Source: Candidatus Latescibacterota bacterium | GTDB lineage: Bacteria; Latescibacterota; UBA2968; GCA-2709665 | Length of the DNA stretch: 64,000 nucleotides | Direction: 5' to 3' | NCBI GenBank assembly: GCA_965248435.1 | Contig: OZ252100.1 | Coordinates: forward strand, 5,568,001 to 5,632,000 | Part shown: one piece after another, positions 1 to 10,532 of the stretch | How positions within the stretch are numbered: the first letter of the stretch is position 1 | Layout of the letters: every line of letters starts with the position of its first letter | The notes under the pieces: generated by a model | What the model was told of the DNA's origin: nothing | The model's database searches: none | Seen by the model: only the letters and a program-made list of their open reading frames with translations | Position numbers and translations under genes: made by a program

Positions 1-2
1 TT

Positions 3-560
3 CATGGCATCATTGTAGAATTTGGGGTGCGTTGGGGACGCCATCTATCTGTTTTTAGTGCCTTGCGTGCGATCTACGAGCCATATAACTTCTATCGCAA
101 GATAGTTGGTTTTGATACATTTACAGGTTTCTTAGAAGTAACCCCAGAAGATGGTATGTCTGACAGAGTTCACGTAGGCTCTATGAGCGTTTCTGAGGGT
201 TATGAGAAATATCTAGACAAAGTCTTAACCCTACATGAAGCAGAAGCACCGCTGTCACATATAAAACGTATTGAGCTATACAAGGGAGATGCACCTGTTG
301 AACTTGAAAAATACTTGGAAAGCCATCCTGAGACAATTGTTGCATTAGCGTATTTCGACATGGATCTCTACAAACCAACGAAACATTGTTTGGAATTGAT
401 TATGCCCTTTTTGACAAAGGGCAGTATTTGTGTATTTGATGAACTTTCACATCCAGAATTTCCCGGTGAGACGTTAGCGCTCAAAGAGGTTTTGGCCATT
501 ACACAACATAAAATTGAGCGCTTCTCCACTATACCTTATCCTCACTATATTGTGATGTAA
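3..560 (+). CDS. TylF/MycF/NovP-family O-methyltransferase (5'-truncated by window edge)
   Basis: Frame is open from base 3: HGIIVEFGVRWG, then GFDTFTG and ALAYFDMDLYKPT...GSICVFDE, typical TylF-family motifs. Confidence 0.8.
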   Translation, partial: HGIIVEFGVRWGRHLSVFSALRAIYEPYNFYRKIVGFDTFTGFLEVTPEDGMSDRVHVGSMSVSEGYEKYLDKVLTLHEAEAPLSHIKRIELYKGDAPVELEKYLESHPETIVALAYFDMDLYKPTKHCLELIMPFLTKGSICVFDELSHPEFPGETLALKEVLAITQHKIERFSTIPYPHYIVM

Positions 561-601
561 TCCGATCTGATTTAGATCAAATCTTGAAGAAGACTCGTCT
601 T

Positions 602-2122
602 ATGAATATGAATCATAGCGCCATTCTAAAGTGGATTGTGGATTCCAGTAGATCTCTTCCTTCTCCTCTTGAATTTGATGAGGATATGCTGATTGACCTA
701 GTTGATGTCCACAACTTGTCTGGGCGGCTGATGCAAAGGCTCAGAGGGCGCAGCGCACCTCGCCTTACACCAAAGTTCAAAGAGAATCTTTCAGATTTAT
801 ACGCACTAACGAAACGGAAGAGCATCCAAAATGTGAATGCTGTTCGCCAAATACAGGATCTGTTACCTTTAAACACCGATGTTATCATTATTAAGGGTGT
901 TTCAACATATGTGCTAGTAGGCCAAGAAAGCATTATGCGAGCAGGTGATATCGATGTTCTCAGTAACAATAATTCAGCAGTTGTAGATACACTGCTTAAT
1001 CTAGACTATCAACAAACTAGGGCTCCTTTCTTGCATGAGGTTGGAGAGTACACGAAGGATACCATAGAAGTGGATGTACATGACCATTTTCCTGTGTACT
1101 CTTACACCGATTTACTCCTGAACGCTAATCTAACGCCTTCCAGTAACTCGGGAGTGTGGCATCAAAGCTATACAATGAAGCAATGTGCAATCACTTATAG
1201 TGATTTGAGAAAACACTCTTATCAGGGGAATAAGCCTGATACAATGAACATTACTGTAGCAGATCCTAACATCTTAGCTATAATAATCTGCGCCCACGCC
1301 TTTATGAATTACACAAACATGTGGTCTATCTCACATCGGGAAAAAGCTTATGTTCGACTTGGTGAGATTGGCGATTTGTTTGAGTTAGTAAATCATCCAG
1401 CATTTAGTGCTGGAATCTTTCTGTCTTTGGTAGAGCGCTTCGAAGCCTTAGATGCGGTTGAGTGGGCGGCAAATGTAACCTCTGTCCTATTTGGTAAGAA
1501 TCCCCTTCCACTTGGTAGTTCAGTAACTCTTGGTGAAGAGCTTCCGAATACCCGTTTCCCACGATGCTTGTGGTGGAATTTTTGGGCAAATCTGCCATCA
1601 GGAACTGATGAACTTATTCAGAAATGGTGGCTGCCAATGGATAGGCTTACAAGAGAGCTAGGTCATAACAAACTGACGACGCATCAAGGAACTTCAGGTC
1701 TACATAGCACAATTCGCCAAGGTGGCTGCAGCTTGTTGCAGCGTTTCATCACCCAAGAAGAATACCCCATCCCGTTGATACTTGAAATCAGTACATCCGA
1801 AACGAGTCTAGTAATCAATATCAATGTTTTATCAAACCTGGACACAGATATAGATCGGATACGGATAGACTTTGGCTGTGTTGCTAGTGAATGGTCATAT
1901 TCCAGAAATGACCGGAATCAAACGGTGGTGGGACATTTTCCTAATGTGGCGTTTGATGATCAGGGTACACAATATCAGATTAGATTTGATTATTCATTGG
2001 AGTTATTCGGTCAGTCAATCAAGGAGATGCGAAAGGTGGCTTTGTTAGTTGGCGTAGGAAAACAATCTCATAATTGTGGCTTAATGGCAAGTACACTAAT
2101 TCCCATGACAGTTGAGCTTTGA
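602..2122 (+). CDS. Nucleotidyltransferase family protein (NTP_transf_5) with C-terminal beta-rich extension
   Basis: IIIKG...R.GDIDVL and EVDVH motifs; start chosen at ATG 602 (ORF open from 584). Confidence 0.75.
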   Translation: MNMNHSAILKWIVDSSRSLPSPLEFDEDMLIDLVDVHNLSGRLMQRLRGRSAPRLTPKFKENLSDLYALTKRKSIQNVNAVRQIQDLLPLNTDVIIIKGVSTYVLVGQESIMRAGDIDVLSNNNSAVVDTLLNLDYQQTRAPFLHEVGEYTKDTIEVDVHDHFPVYSYTDLLLNANLTPSSNSGVWHQSYTMKQCAITYSDLRKHSYQGNKPDTMNITVADPNILAIIICAHAFMNYTNMWSISHREKAYVRLGEIGDLFELVNHPAFSAGIFLSLVERFEALDAVEWAANVTSVLFGKNPLPLGSSVTLGEELPNTRFPRCLWWNFWANLPSGTDELIQKWWLPMDRLTRELGHNKLTTHQGTSGLHSTIRQGGCSLLQRFITQEEYPIPLILEISTSETSLVININVLSNLDTDIDRIRIDFGCVASEWSYSRNDRNQTVVGHFPNVAFDDQGTQYQIRFDYSLELFGQSIKEMRKVALLVGVGKQSHNCGLMASTLIPMTVEL

Positions 2123-2173
2123 GGTAGTGCAAGACCTCAAGAAGCGTTACAAACCTGATCACCAATTACCCCG

Positions 2174-3208
2174 ATGGCCAGTATAAAAGGTCAGAGAAAG
2201 AAGATGTCATCAATCAAGCGAAGCACAGATCCTGAGGCACCAGATGTTTCAGTGGTAATTGTGAACTGGAACACACGCGAACTATTGCAGCAAACTCTTG
2301 AATCACTGTATCGTGAAACTCAGCAGGTTACATTTGAAACCATCGTTGTGGATAACGGATCGACCGATGGAAGCTTTCAGCTCCTTCAACATGCGTGGAA
2401 GCAAGTCTGTTCAATTGCCTTAGCCGAAAACAAGGGCTTCGCTGTCGCGAACAACATTGGCATTAGGATAGCAAGTGGCAGATATGTTCTGCTGCTCAAC
2501 AGCGATACAATTGTGCTGCCGACTACGCTGTGCGGCATGGTTAGTTTCTTGGATGCATATCCTGACACAGGTTGCGTTGGTTGTCGGCACCTGAACCTCG
2601 ACGGTTCTCTGCAACGCTCAATGGATAGTTTTCCTAATTTGCTTAACGACTTGCTCAGTTATTCCGAGTTATACCGACTACCCCTTTTGTTGCCATTCTT
2701 ACAGCGCCGCTTCCCGTGGTGGAGCGACCATAACCATGTCCGAGATGTTGATTGGGTTAATGGTGCCTGTATGATGGTTCGACGCCAGGTGATTGCAAAG
2801 GTGGGTGGGCTAGATGAATGCTATTTTATCTATGCAGAGGAGATCGATTGGTGCTACCGGATGCGTAAAGCTGGCTGGAGCGTCTACTTTGTCCCCGAGG
2901 CAGAGATTATACATATTGGTGGACAGGCAATGAACCGCGCTGCGGACATACGCGTTGTTCTCAAATACAAGGGACAGTGTCGCTTTTACCGGAAACATTA
3001 TCCTGTGTGGAAATATATTGTGTTGCGCACAATAGTTATGAATGCTGCAGCCCTTCGTCTAGTGATTATCTGTATCTTTTGCTCGCTATCATTGTTTCGC
3101 GAAGACACCAACAATGTTCGATGGGAATTACTTACCCAAGAATCAGTAGTAACCGAACCAGTTACTATGTTGCGCGCATGGTGGAGAATTCTTTGGCTCC
3201 CGTGGTAA
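2174..3208 (+). CDS. Glycosyltransferase family 2
   Basis: VSVVIVNWN, VVDNGSTDGS, NxGFAxANN, LLNSD, GACMMVRR, Y.EEIDWC motifs. Confidence 0.92.
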   Translation: MASIKGQRKKMSSIKRSTDPEAPDVSVVIVNWNTRELLQQTLESLYRETQQVTFETIVVDNGSTDGSFQLLQHAWKQVCSIALAENKGFAVANNIGIRIASGRYVLLLNSDTIVLPTTLCGMVSFLDAYPDTGCVGCRHLNLDGSLQRSMDSFPNLLNDLLSYSELYRLPLLLPFLQRRFPWWSDHNHVRDVDWVNGACMMVRRQVIAKVGGLDECYFIYAEEIDWCYRMRKAGWSVYFVPEAEIIHIGGQAMNRAADIRVVLKYKGQCRFYRKHYPVWKYIVLRTIVMNAAALRLVIICIFCSLSLFREDTNNVRWELLTQESVVTEPVTMLRAWWRILWLPW

Positions 3209-3246
3209 ATAAGAATGACAATTACGGAGCGTATTGGGAATGAACA

Positions 3247-4230
3247 ATGGCTATCTTGGTGACTGGAGGAGCAGGTTTTATTGGATCGCACGTAGTTAAG
3301 GAATTGTTGAAAGAGCGATATGAAGTTGTAGTCTTAGATGATCTTTCCGGTGGATTTCTCGAAAATCTTTCAGGAGATGCAATTTTTGTCAACGGTAGCA
3401 TCACGGACGAAAGACGTATTAATCAATTATTTGAAGCACACCAATTTGAGTACATCTTTCATTGTGCGGCATATGCTGCCGAAGTTCTAAGCCATCATAT
3501 CAGAAAGTTCAATTATGAAAATAACATGCTCGGCACCGTAAATTTAATAAATGCTGCCATAAACCATGATGTCAAATGTTTTGTCTTTACCTCTTCAGTT
3601 GCGGTTTATGGCGATAATCAAACTCCGTTTTGCGAAGATCTCATTCCGGCTCCAATTGATCCATATGGGATTGCGAAATTGGCTGCCGAACTAGATCTAG
3701 CGGCAGCGCATTCATTCTTCAAATTACCATTCATCGTCTATCGGCTTCATAACGTCTACGGTGAACATCAAAACATAAGTGATAAATATCGTAATGTTGT
3801 CGGTATATTTATGAATCAATTGTTGCGAAATGAACCGATGACCATTTTTGGAGACGGGAAACAAACACGTTCTTTCAGTTATGTTAAAGACATTGTTCCT
3901 CTCATTGCAAAATCTATACATAATGGGAAGGCGTACAATGAAGTGTTCAATGTGGGTTCTGACACAACAGTAAGCCTCAATGAGTTAGCATCTATTGTTT
4001 CCTCGGTTATGGGTATGAAGGCGAAAATCAAATATTTAAGTCCTCGTCATGAGGTGAAGCAGGTTTGCGTTTCGCATGAGAAGATGAAAGCCATTTTTGG
4101 AGGACTCGAAGAGACCCCATTGGAATCAGGGTTGAGGGAAATGTTTGATTGGATTAAAGGACATGGTAGTCGTGCTCCCAGATACTTTAGAAGAATTGAA
4201 ATCTCGAAAATGCTACCCGAAGCTTGGTGA
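3247..4230 (+). CDS. NAD-dependent epimerase/dehydratase (extended SDR)
   Basis: TGGAGFIGS, YGIAK (YxxxK), NVYG, GDGKQTRSF. Confidence 0.93.
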   Translation: MAILVTGGAGFIGSHVVKELLKERYEVVVLDDLSGGFLENLSGDAIFVNGSITDERRINQLFEAHQFEYIFHCAAYAAEVLSHHIRKFNYENNMLGTVNLINAAINHDVKCFVFTSSVAVYGDNQTPFCEDLIPAPIDPYGIAKLAAELDLAAAHSFFKLPFIVYRLHNVYGEHQNISDKYRNVVGIFMNQLLRNEPMTIFGDGKQTRSFSYVKDIVPLIAKSIHNGKAYNEVFNVGSDTTVSLNELASIVSSVMGMKAKIKYLSPRHEVKQVCVSHEKMKAIFGGLEETPLESGLREMFDWIKGHGSRAPRYFRRIEISKMLPEAW

Positions 4231-4239
4231 TTATCAATA

Positions 4240-4470
4240 AGCTTTGTTAAGTCGATACAGAGCGAATTCAGGTCGCACTGGGGGACAATGCAGGCGAGAG
4301 GGAATCTTCAGACTAACTGAATGAGAGCAGATGCTAGCCTGAGAGATTTCGTTCGCATCAGCGATAGCCACAAGGCAATCTGGAACACCCGCCCTGTTTC
4401 GATGACTTAGGTATGGGATTTCTTGACGTAGCTCGGGTGACAGCGGTTCCCCAAGGCCCACAGCAGAGAA
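4240..4470. other. Non-coding, possibly structured segment (candidate IS-end relic or ncRNA)
   Basis: No credible ORF; short stems TCGC-A-CTG/CAG-GCGA and GATGC/GCATC. Confidence 0.25.
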
Positions 4471-4553
4471 TGGAGTGCCTGAGGCAGCAATATAATCAGG
4501 AGCTTAAGGGGACTTGTTCACAAAGAAGTCGCTCGGAGATGCCACTGTTCTGA

Positions 4554-5663
4554 ATGGATCCAAAAGGGGAGAGCACTATTGTGAAGGGGGCGTTAGTTGG
4601 CTTCGGGACGATTGCACGGGCACATCTTGCTACATATTTAGAGAGGACAGACTTGGTCATCACAGCAATTGTAGACCCATGCCAAGAACTGGGGAAACAA
4701 GTGAAATCGGTTGCCAACAATATCAACACGTATAAGACTTTGGAGGAAACGTTTTCTGCAGAAAAGTTAGATTTCATAGATATTTGTTCCCCCCCAGACA
4801 CCCATTATGGGTATATTCGTTCTGGTCTCTCAAACAAATGCCATGTTCTCTGTGAAAAACCGTTTTTGCTCTCTTCGGAGCAATACAGAGATCTCTTGCC
4901 CTTAATCAGGTCTGTAGACAAAGTTACTTATCCATGCCATAACTATAAATTCGCTCCTACACTGCAACATATTAAAAGGGTAGTTCAATCGGAACAATTC
5001 GGAGAGCTTTTGAGTGGACAATTTCGTACTCTTCGGTCCGGACATGCTGTAGGTGTATCGGAATGGAATCCGCATTGGAGACGCAACAGAAATATTTCCG
5101 GTGGTGGAATCCTGAGAGATCATGGACCCCATAGTGTCTATATTGCCTGCGAAATGTACAAAAAAACTCCGGTTGCCGTTTCATGTATTATGGGAAACTT
5201 AGTCAATGATCAATACTCTGACACCGAAGATACAGCTCTACTGACAATCTATTTCGACAACAATGTTCAGTTTACCATAACTCTCTCTTGGGCGGCGGGT
5301 TACCGTAACAGCTACTATGCCGTTATCGGAAGCGGCGAAAGCGTCATTTTAGAGAATAATGAGATATTGCATACAATGAACGGTAATAAGGTAGTTAGAC
5401 AATCGATCTCTTCAGAATTTGATGATCCGTCGCACAAAGGATGGTTTCAAGAAATGTTCTCGGACTTTGTCGATGTCGTTGCAACCCCTAATAGACAGCT
5501 ACCGTTGCTGCAGGAGGCACTGATTACCACATTGATTATAGAAAAGGCCTACCTCTCTGCAAAATACGGAGGTAAGTTGGTAGACTTGCCTCCCGTATCG
5601 GATTTTGGACTAAATACGATGAGCTTTAAGGCCATCAGTTTTAGCGGCAATGATTTATCTTGA
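4554..5663 (+). CDS. Gfo/Idh/MocA-family oxidoreductase
   Basis: LVGFGTIA, HVLCEKP, SGGGILRDHGPH motifs. Confidence 0.92.
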   Translation: MDPKGESTIVKGALVGFGTIARAHLATYLERTDLVITAIVDPCQELGKQVKSVANNINTYKTLEETFSAEKLDFIDICSPPDTHYGYIRSGLSNKCHVLCEKPFLLSSEQYRDLLPLIRSVDKVTYPCHNYKFAPTLQHIKRVVQSEQFGELLSGQFRTLRSGHAVGVSEWNPHWRRNRNISGGGILRDHGPHSVYIACEMYKKTPVAVSCIMGNLVNDQYSDTEDTALLTIYFDNNVQFTITLSWAAGYRNSYYAVIGSGESVILENNEILHTMNGNKVVRQSISSEFDDPSHKGWFQEMFSDFVDVVATPNRQLPLLQEALITTLIIEKAYLSAKYGGKLVDLPPVSDFGLNTMSFKAISFSGNDLS

Positions 5664-5799
5664 AGGATTGGGGGTTGCGCGCCCTATTTTTCAAACCGAT
5701 GGCGGCATAGTTTTGCTCGGGCACCAATCTATCCTACCGGCCACTATCCAGTTATAGCAGAATTAGAATGGGAATCACAAACTTGATAGGGAAAACAAA

Positions 5800-6615
5800 G
5801 TGGCACGTAAACGGATATTATTGGCTCAGAATTTTCTCAGAGACCCTAATTTAGTTGCTTCAATTGTTTCGAGAAGTAGCATTGTTAAGACTGATGTAGT
5901 TTATGAAATAGGTCCAGGTGCAGGGATTATAACTAGAGAATTGGCAAAAGTCGCTAGTAAAGTAATATCCATAGAACAAGACTCAACGCTAGTTAGAAAA
6001 TTAAGAGGCAAGCTTGAGAAGTTTCCAAATATTGAAGTACATCAAGCCAATTTTTTGGATTTTGATGTTGAAGAAACTGATTATAAGATATTTTCCAACA
6101 TTCCTTTCAATATAACCTCGGATATTATCAGAAAAGTATTGTTCAGGGTTAACCCGCCAAAGGAGACATATTTATTTATGCAAAAGGAGGCCGCAAAAAG
6201 GTTCTCCGGAATACCTCAAGAAAGCCAGTTTTCTGTGCTTGCAAAACCATTTTTCAAATTTAATATCATTGCGAAGTTTAGGGAAAACGATTTTGAGCCT
6301 AAGCCGAGTGTGGAAGTCGTGCTTTTACATATAGAGAAACGTGACAGCCCTCTAGTGACTCAAGAAAATGTCGATATGTTTAGAAGGTTTGTGAAGTATG
6401 GTTTTGGAGTTTGGAAAGATGATCTAAAGAGTACGTACAAGCGGGTCTTTACATACAAACAGTGGAAGAGACTGTCAAAAGATATTGGTTATTCAATACG
6501 AGTTACTCCTACCCAATTAACGTTTGAGCAATGGTTGAGATTATTCGAATTGTTCCTAATTTATGTACCAGATTTTAAGAAGTCTGTTATCTTGGATAGG
6601 GAGTCGTTTGGTTAG
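5800..6615 (+). CDS. erm: rRNA adenine N6-methyltransferase, Erm-like (RrnaAD family)
   Basis: AQNFL, EIGPGAG, SNIPFNIT, F.PKPSV, and an Erm-like C-terminal LTFEQWLRLF; not in a ksgA/pdxA context. Confidence 0.7.
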   Translation: MARKRILLAQNFLRDPNLVASIVSRSSIVKTDVVYEIGPGAGIITRELAKVASKVISIEQDSTLVRKLRGKLEKFPNIEVHQANFLDFDVEETDYKIFSNIPFNITSDIIRKVLFRVNPPKETYLFMQKEAAKRFSGIPQESQFSVLAKPFFKFNIIAKFRENDFEPKPSVEVVLLHIEKRDSPLVTQENVDMFRRFVKYGFGVWKDDLKSTYKRVFTYKQWKRLSKDIGYSIRVTPTQLTFEQWLRLFELFLIYVPDFKKSVILDRESFG

Positions 6616-6792
6616 GTAAGGTATTAGTTCGTACCTCGGCTGATGAAAGTCAGAAGCTAGATCTTCCGGTGGAACTCAGATAGGTTCACATTGTGGCTCT
6701 TTGGCATCGTGAACTCTTTCGCCTACAAAGGATCACGTGTCCATCAACTCGAGGAAACTCTACCTATCAAATGTGATCACTCCGGAGGCGAC

Positions 6793-7521
6793 ATGACAAA
6801 GGTTGACACTGAAATGTGGCAAATCGAACGCGAAGTTACCTTCGACTTGAGCGTAGATCAGCGATCGACATTTTTGGACGCCGTCAATGAACATAGAAAC
6901 AGAAAGAACTCGACACCAGGCAGCACGGTGGGTTGGAAGCGGCGAACACGTGTATATCTTTTCCATCAGGCAGCCGGCGGCGGACCAGTGGTCCGAACGG
7001 TGATCGAGGTACGGCGAAGAGACCGGATTCGTGCCTGGCTTGACTCAAAGCTCTGGACGCCACTTAGTGGTGGAACTACGAAGCTACAGTCCGCCAGAAC
7101 CTACCTCACGCAGGAGCAGTTAAAGGAAGTGTTAAGTTCTGAGGCATATGCTTGCGGGTTTGTGAAACTGAGATACTCGCGGAGCCTCGACAGCACAGCG
7201 CAGGTTCCAGCTATTTCCTTAAAGGTGAGCGTGGATACCATTTGTCCCTTTTCCCCATCGAACCCGTTTCAATTCGCCGAGCCGTTTACACATGTCGAGT
7301 TCGAACTTCCACTGGGAAGTAATTCCGCTCGGGATGGGCGTTTCGTGGTTGAGGAGGTACCGTTGACTTTAGTGCAACTCTTGGATTGTCGGGCCACAGT
7401 CTCCAAGAGAGCGCGAGCTAACCTATTCTCGCGCGACACGATTCCATCAAGCCAAACACGATCCGCATTGACGTTTCTCCTTGAGGCAGTGAGGCGATGC
7501 GAGTGTTCATGGTCTCTCTAG
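6793..7521 (+). CDS. Divergent CYTH/VTC-like protein
   Basis: GGAGG SD before ATG 6793; N-terminal IEREV, central KLRY/VSVD and HVEFE motifs. Confidence 0.45.
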   Translation: MTKVDTEMWQIEREVTFDLSVDQRSTFLDAVNEHRNRKNSTPGSTVGWKRRTRVYLFHQAAGGGPVVRTVIEVRRRDRIRAWLDSKLWTPLSGGTTKLQSARTYLTQEQLKEVLSSEAYACGFVKLRYSRSLDSTAQVPAISLKVSVDTICPFSPSNPFQFAEPFTHVEFELPLGSNSARDGRFVVEEVPLTLVQLLDCRATVSKRARANLFSRDTIPSSQTRSALTFLLEAVRRCECSWSL

Positions 7522-8011
7522 CAATTTGGTTCTGACACTGTTTGCTGGGATTCAGAGCCCAAATCGACCAAGCTTCCCAAGCGTGGTAAATACCAAGACT
7601 TTCTAAGCAGAAGGTTTTAAGGCGGCTCAAAGATTGAGGTATTTTGATTCAAAAATTGTGTGCTCATTGTTGATTATTGCATCGTACCAGTTCAATAAAG
7701 AAGTGCAACGCTTAGGGTCGAATGATTCCTACCCGAAGTGTAAGAGAAAGAGATATAAGCATCTCAAGTGCGACCGTCACCCCAACTTTCAAATAGGCCG
7801 ATTAGAACGGACAAACGCTAGGCGTTGATGAAACTCAACTGATCCGAAATCTATCACCTCTTTGTGGTCGCCTTATATATGATTTTTCGCACAGCGCATT
7901 CACCAGTGTGAAGGAAGCAGAAGCCTGCCATCCCGCCCTTTCATAAGTGGGATTTCAGGCTTGCCGGATAAATGTCTTGTCGGCGTATCGAATTGTTGGA
8001 GAGCAGAAATA

Positions 8012-8833
8012 ATGGCAACAGAAACCGACAAGATCGAGATTGAATACAAGTTCACTCCATTCGACGACGATGAAACCACGCTGTCATTGATCAGGGCAGT
8101 GGCAGTTCCGCCGTGGGCGATACTTAGATTACCCCCGGTCACTGTTCTAGATATTTATTTCGACACTGAAGATTTGTTCTTTCACCAAGCGGGTGCTTCA
8201 TTTCGTGTGCGAAAAAGGGGGAAACCTTACCAACGGTATCTGAATCCACTGGGTTATAGCGCAAATTTCAAGGGTCCGACTCGAAGCATTGACTCGCGTA
8301 TCCTCGAAAAGAGAGAAGTTCGTTCTGCGATTGAAGCCGATGAAGTGCTGTCGTATTTGTCAAACTCGCTCCCTGGGAATGCAGCATTACTTGCATATCA
8401 ATTTATCGAGGAACAATCTCGAGCTAGTTCATCTTTCCGCTCCGGGGTGGTGATGGCACCAGTGGCTCACATCGTCTCGGCTCGCCGCGTCTATAACGTG
8501 GGTCCCGTCGGAACAAGCTGGCCGAAATCGAGACATCCGCCTTGGGGTGCCCTCGTACACGTAGTCCTCGAGGAGGTAACCGCTTGTGACATCAGAGGCT
8601 CTCGACGTGCTGCTGATTGCCTCATCACAGAAGGCAGAATGGATCTCACGGAGCCAGTCGAGGCACGACGGTGGCTTTCGGGAGAGGTCGAGCTGGCCCA
8701 CCATTTTCCCGATCTTCGAGATGAGGGTAAGACGCTCTTTCAACGTATCGTCGAAAGGTTCCATTCACATTGTCTAACGACTGACGGTCAAAGCAAGTAT
8801 TCAACGTTCATGAACATGCTGACCAATTTATGA
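8012..8833 (+). CDS. CYTH (triphosphate tunnel) domain protein
   Basis: EIEYKF (ExExK), DIYFDT, FRVRK, EVEL, SKY motifs. Confidence 0.8.
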   Translation: MATETDKIEIEYKFTPFDDDETTLSLIRAVAVPPWAILRLPPVTVLDIYFDTEDLFFHQAGASFRVRKRGKPYQRYLNPLGYSANFKGPTRSIDSRILEKREVRSAIEADEVLSYLSNSLPGNAALLAYQFIEEQSRASSSFRSGVVMAPVAHIVSARRVYNVGPVGTSWPKSRHPPWGALVHVVLEEVTACDIRGSRRAADCLITEGRMDLTEPVEARRWLSGEVELAHHFPDLRDEGKTLFQRIVERFHSHCLTTDGQSKYSTFMNMLTNL

Positions 8834-8870
8834 GCCCAACGCTCCCTTGTTCCCTATCTCAGAGTTCGCT

Positions 8871-9436
8871 TGGAACCTCGCCGAAGAGATTGCAATAGAC
8901 GAAAACAACGTTGACCCAAGAAAGTTCTTCCGTTTCCACTTGAAGCGTGGGGTATTGCCTAGTCAGGGGGGAGTACGGGCATATGTAAGCTTTTTGTGGA
9001 ACGTTATCGCAATCTATTCATAAAAGTCACTGTACATGCACATCCGATCTACTACGTGCCCCTTGACTATGTTTGCAATGAAACCGAAAGAGTAACAGTC
9101 TACGATGTATTTATCAACAGAATTGGAGTAGCTGTGGTTGAGAAAGGATACTTTGTTGAGGATCCATCGCCGATAAAGTCAGAATCCTTACAGGAAATCA
9201 GTTTGGAAGATCCAAACGTTTCGGTCCACACCTCTCGAAGTAGCTATCGTGTCGAAATCGGAATTCCTTGGAATATGTTGCCTATCATTCCCCGCTCAGG
9301 AATGGATCTGGGGCTCGAAATCGAAGTGTTGAATTGTTGTGAGGGCCGCTTTCCAGTCCTGCATCGAAGAACACTAATTGCCTGTTCAGGCGGACCACTT
9401 TTCCGGAGTAATACCCTGAGTTTTATGGCAGTTTAA
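8871..9436 (+). pseudogene. Frameshifted fragment paralogous to the C-terminal (CBM9/DOMON-like) domain of the 12459-14351 protein
   Basis: WNLAEEIAIDE..DPRKFFR.H.K.G..PSQGG.RA aligns to WKLSEEISIDE..DQRKFFR.H.K.G..PSQGG.RA; frame changes near 9003 into NLFIKV...IGIPW...LGLEIEV. Confidence 0.75.
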
Positions 9437-9500
9437 TTCTGACTGATTAAGATGTGCCAATTTGCTAAACGTTTCGGACCTAGATTAACGAAGAAACGAA

Positions 9501-10532
9501 ATGGGTGATCAATCATTTATTAGAGTCAAGAATTTGACCAAAGAATTCCGCATCCTGAAGAGAAAAGAGGGGGTTTGGGGCGCGGTCCGTAATTTGTTCA
9601 GCAGGCAGTATGAGGTTAAGATAGCGGTGAACAACGTCTCCTTTGAAATACAAAAAGGGGAGATCATTGGATATATAGGGCCAAACGGTGCAGGAAAGTC
9701 AACAACAATCAAAATGCTAGTTGGCATATTGGTGCCCACAGATGGTTGCGTAGAGGTTGGGGGATTGGTTCCTCATGAAGATCGAATTCAGAATGCAAAG
9801 AGAATGGGCGTCGTTTTTGGTCAGCGCACTCAGTTGTGGTGGGATATTCCTGTTTCAGAATCCCTGAACTTGATGAAGTACATGTACCAAATTCCCGATG
9901 CACAATTTAAGGCCAGCCTAGACGATTTCTCTGACATACTCGACCTGAAAGAATTTTTCAATGTCCCCGTAAGGCAACTTAGTCTTGGCCAGAGAATGAG
10001 ATCAGACCTCTGCGCTGCTTTCCTGCATAATCCAGACGTTCTCTACTTAGATGAGCCAACGATCGGATTAGACGTAGTTGTGAAAAATAAAATCCGAGAG
10101 TTTATAAAGGTAGTCAACCAAGAGCGCGGCACAACAGTCATGCTAACGACTCACGACATGTCCGAAGTCGAAAAGCTCTGCTCCCGTGTATTGACAATCG
10201 ACCAGGGAAAGATTGTGTACGACGGAAATCTACAGAATCTGAAAGATCTATACGGAACAGAAGAGACAATGATTGTGGAAACGGAGAACCCTACGTCCAG
10301 CCATGGTGGCCTGTATCGTCTGGGCGTATCAGAAGTGACGCAGGAAGACTATAGGATGTTCATTAAATATGACAGAAAGAAGGTAAATGCTACATCGATC
10401 ATTGGTTGCATAATGGCAAATGAAAGAGTCAGAGATTTTGTTGTCAAGGAAACAGAAATCGAGGAAGTCATTCGAAAAATGTATCTTGATCAGCCAGCTT
10501 TGAATGGATCAGAAAGGTGCAAATTGTCATGA
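9501..10532 (+). CDS. ABC-2 type transporter ATP-binding protein
   Basis: GPNGAGKST, LSLGQRMR, LDEPTIGLD, TTHD. Confidence 0.95.
   Translation: MGDQSFIRVKNLTKEFRILKRKEGVWGAVRNLFSRQYEVKIAVNNVSFEIQKGEIIGYIGPNGAGKSTTIKMLVGILVPTDGCVEVGGLVPHEDRIQNAKRMGVVFGQRTQLWWDIPVSESLNLMKYMYQIPDAQFKASLDDFSDILDLKEFFNVPVRQLSLGQRMRSDLCAAFLHNPDVLYLDEPTIGLDVVVKNKIREFIKVVNQERGTTVMLTTHDMSEVEKLCSRVLTIDQGKIVYDGNLQNLKDLYGTEETMIVETENPTSSHGGLYRLGVSEVTQEDYRMFIKYDRKKVNATSIIGCIMANERVRDFVVKETEIEEVIRKMYLDQPALNGSERCKLS

Noticed and set aside
5768-5853. MGITNL... ORF as an Erm leader peptide
   Set aside because: Overlaps the erm start, has no recognisable stalling motif and only weak alternative pairing
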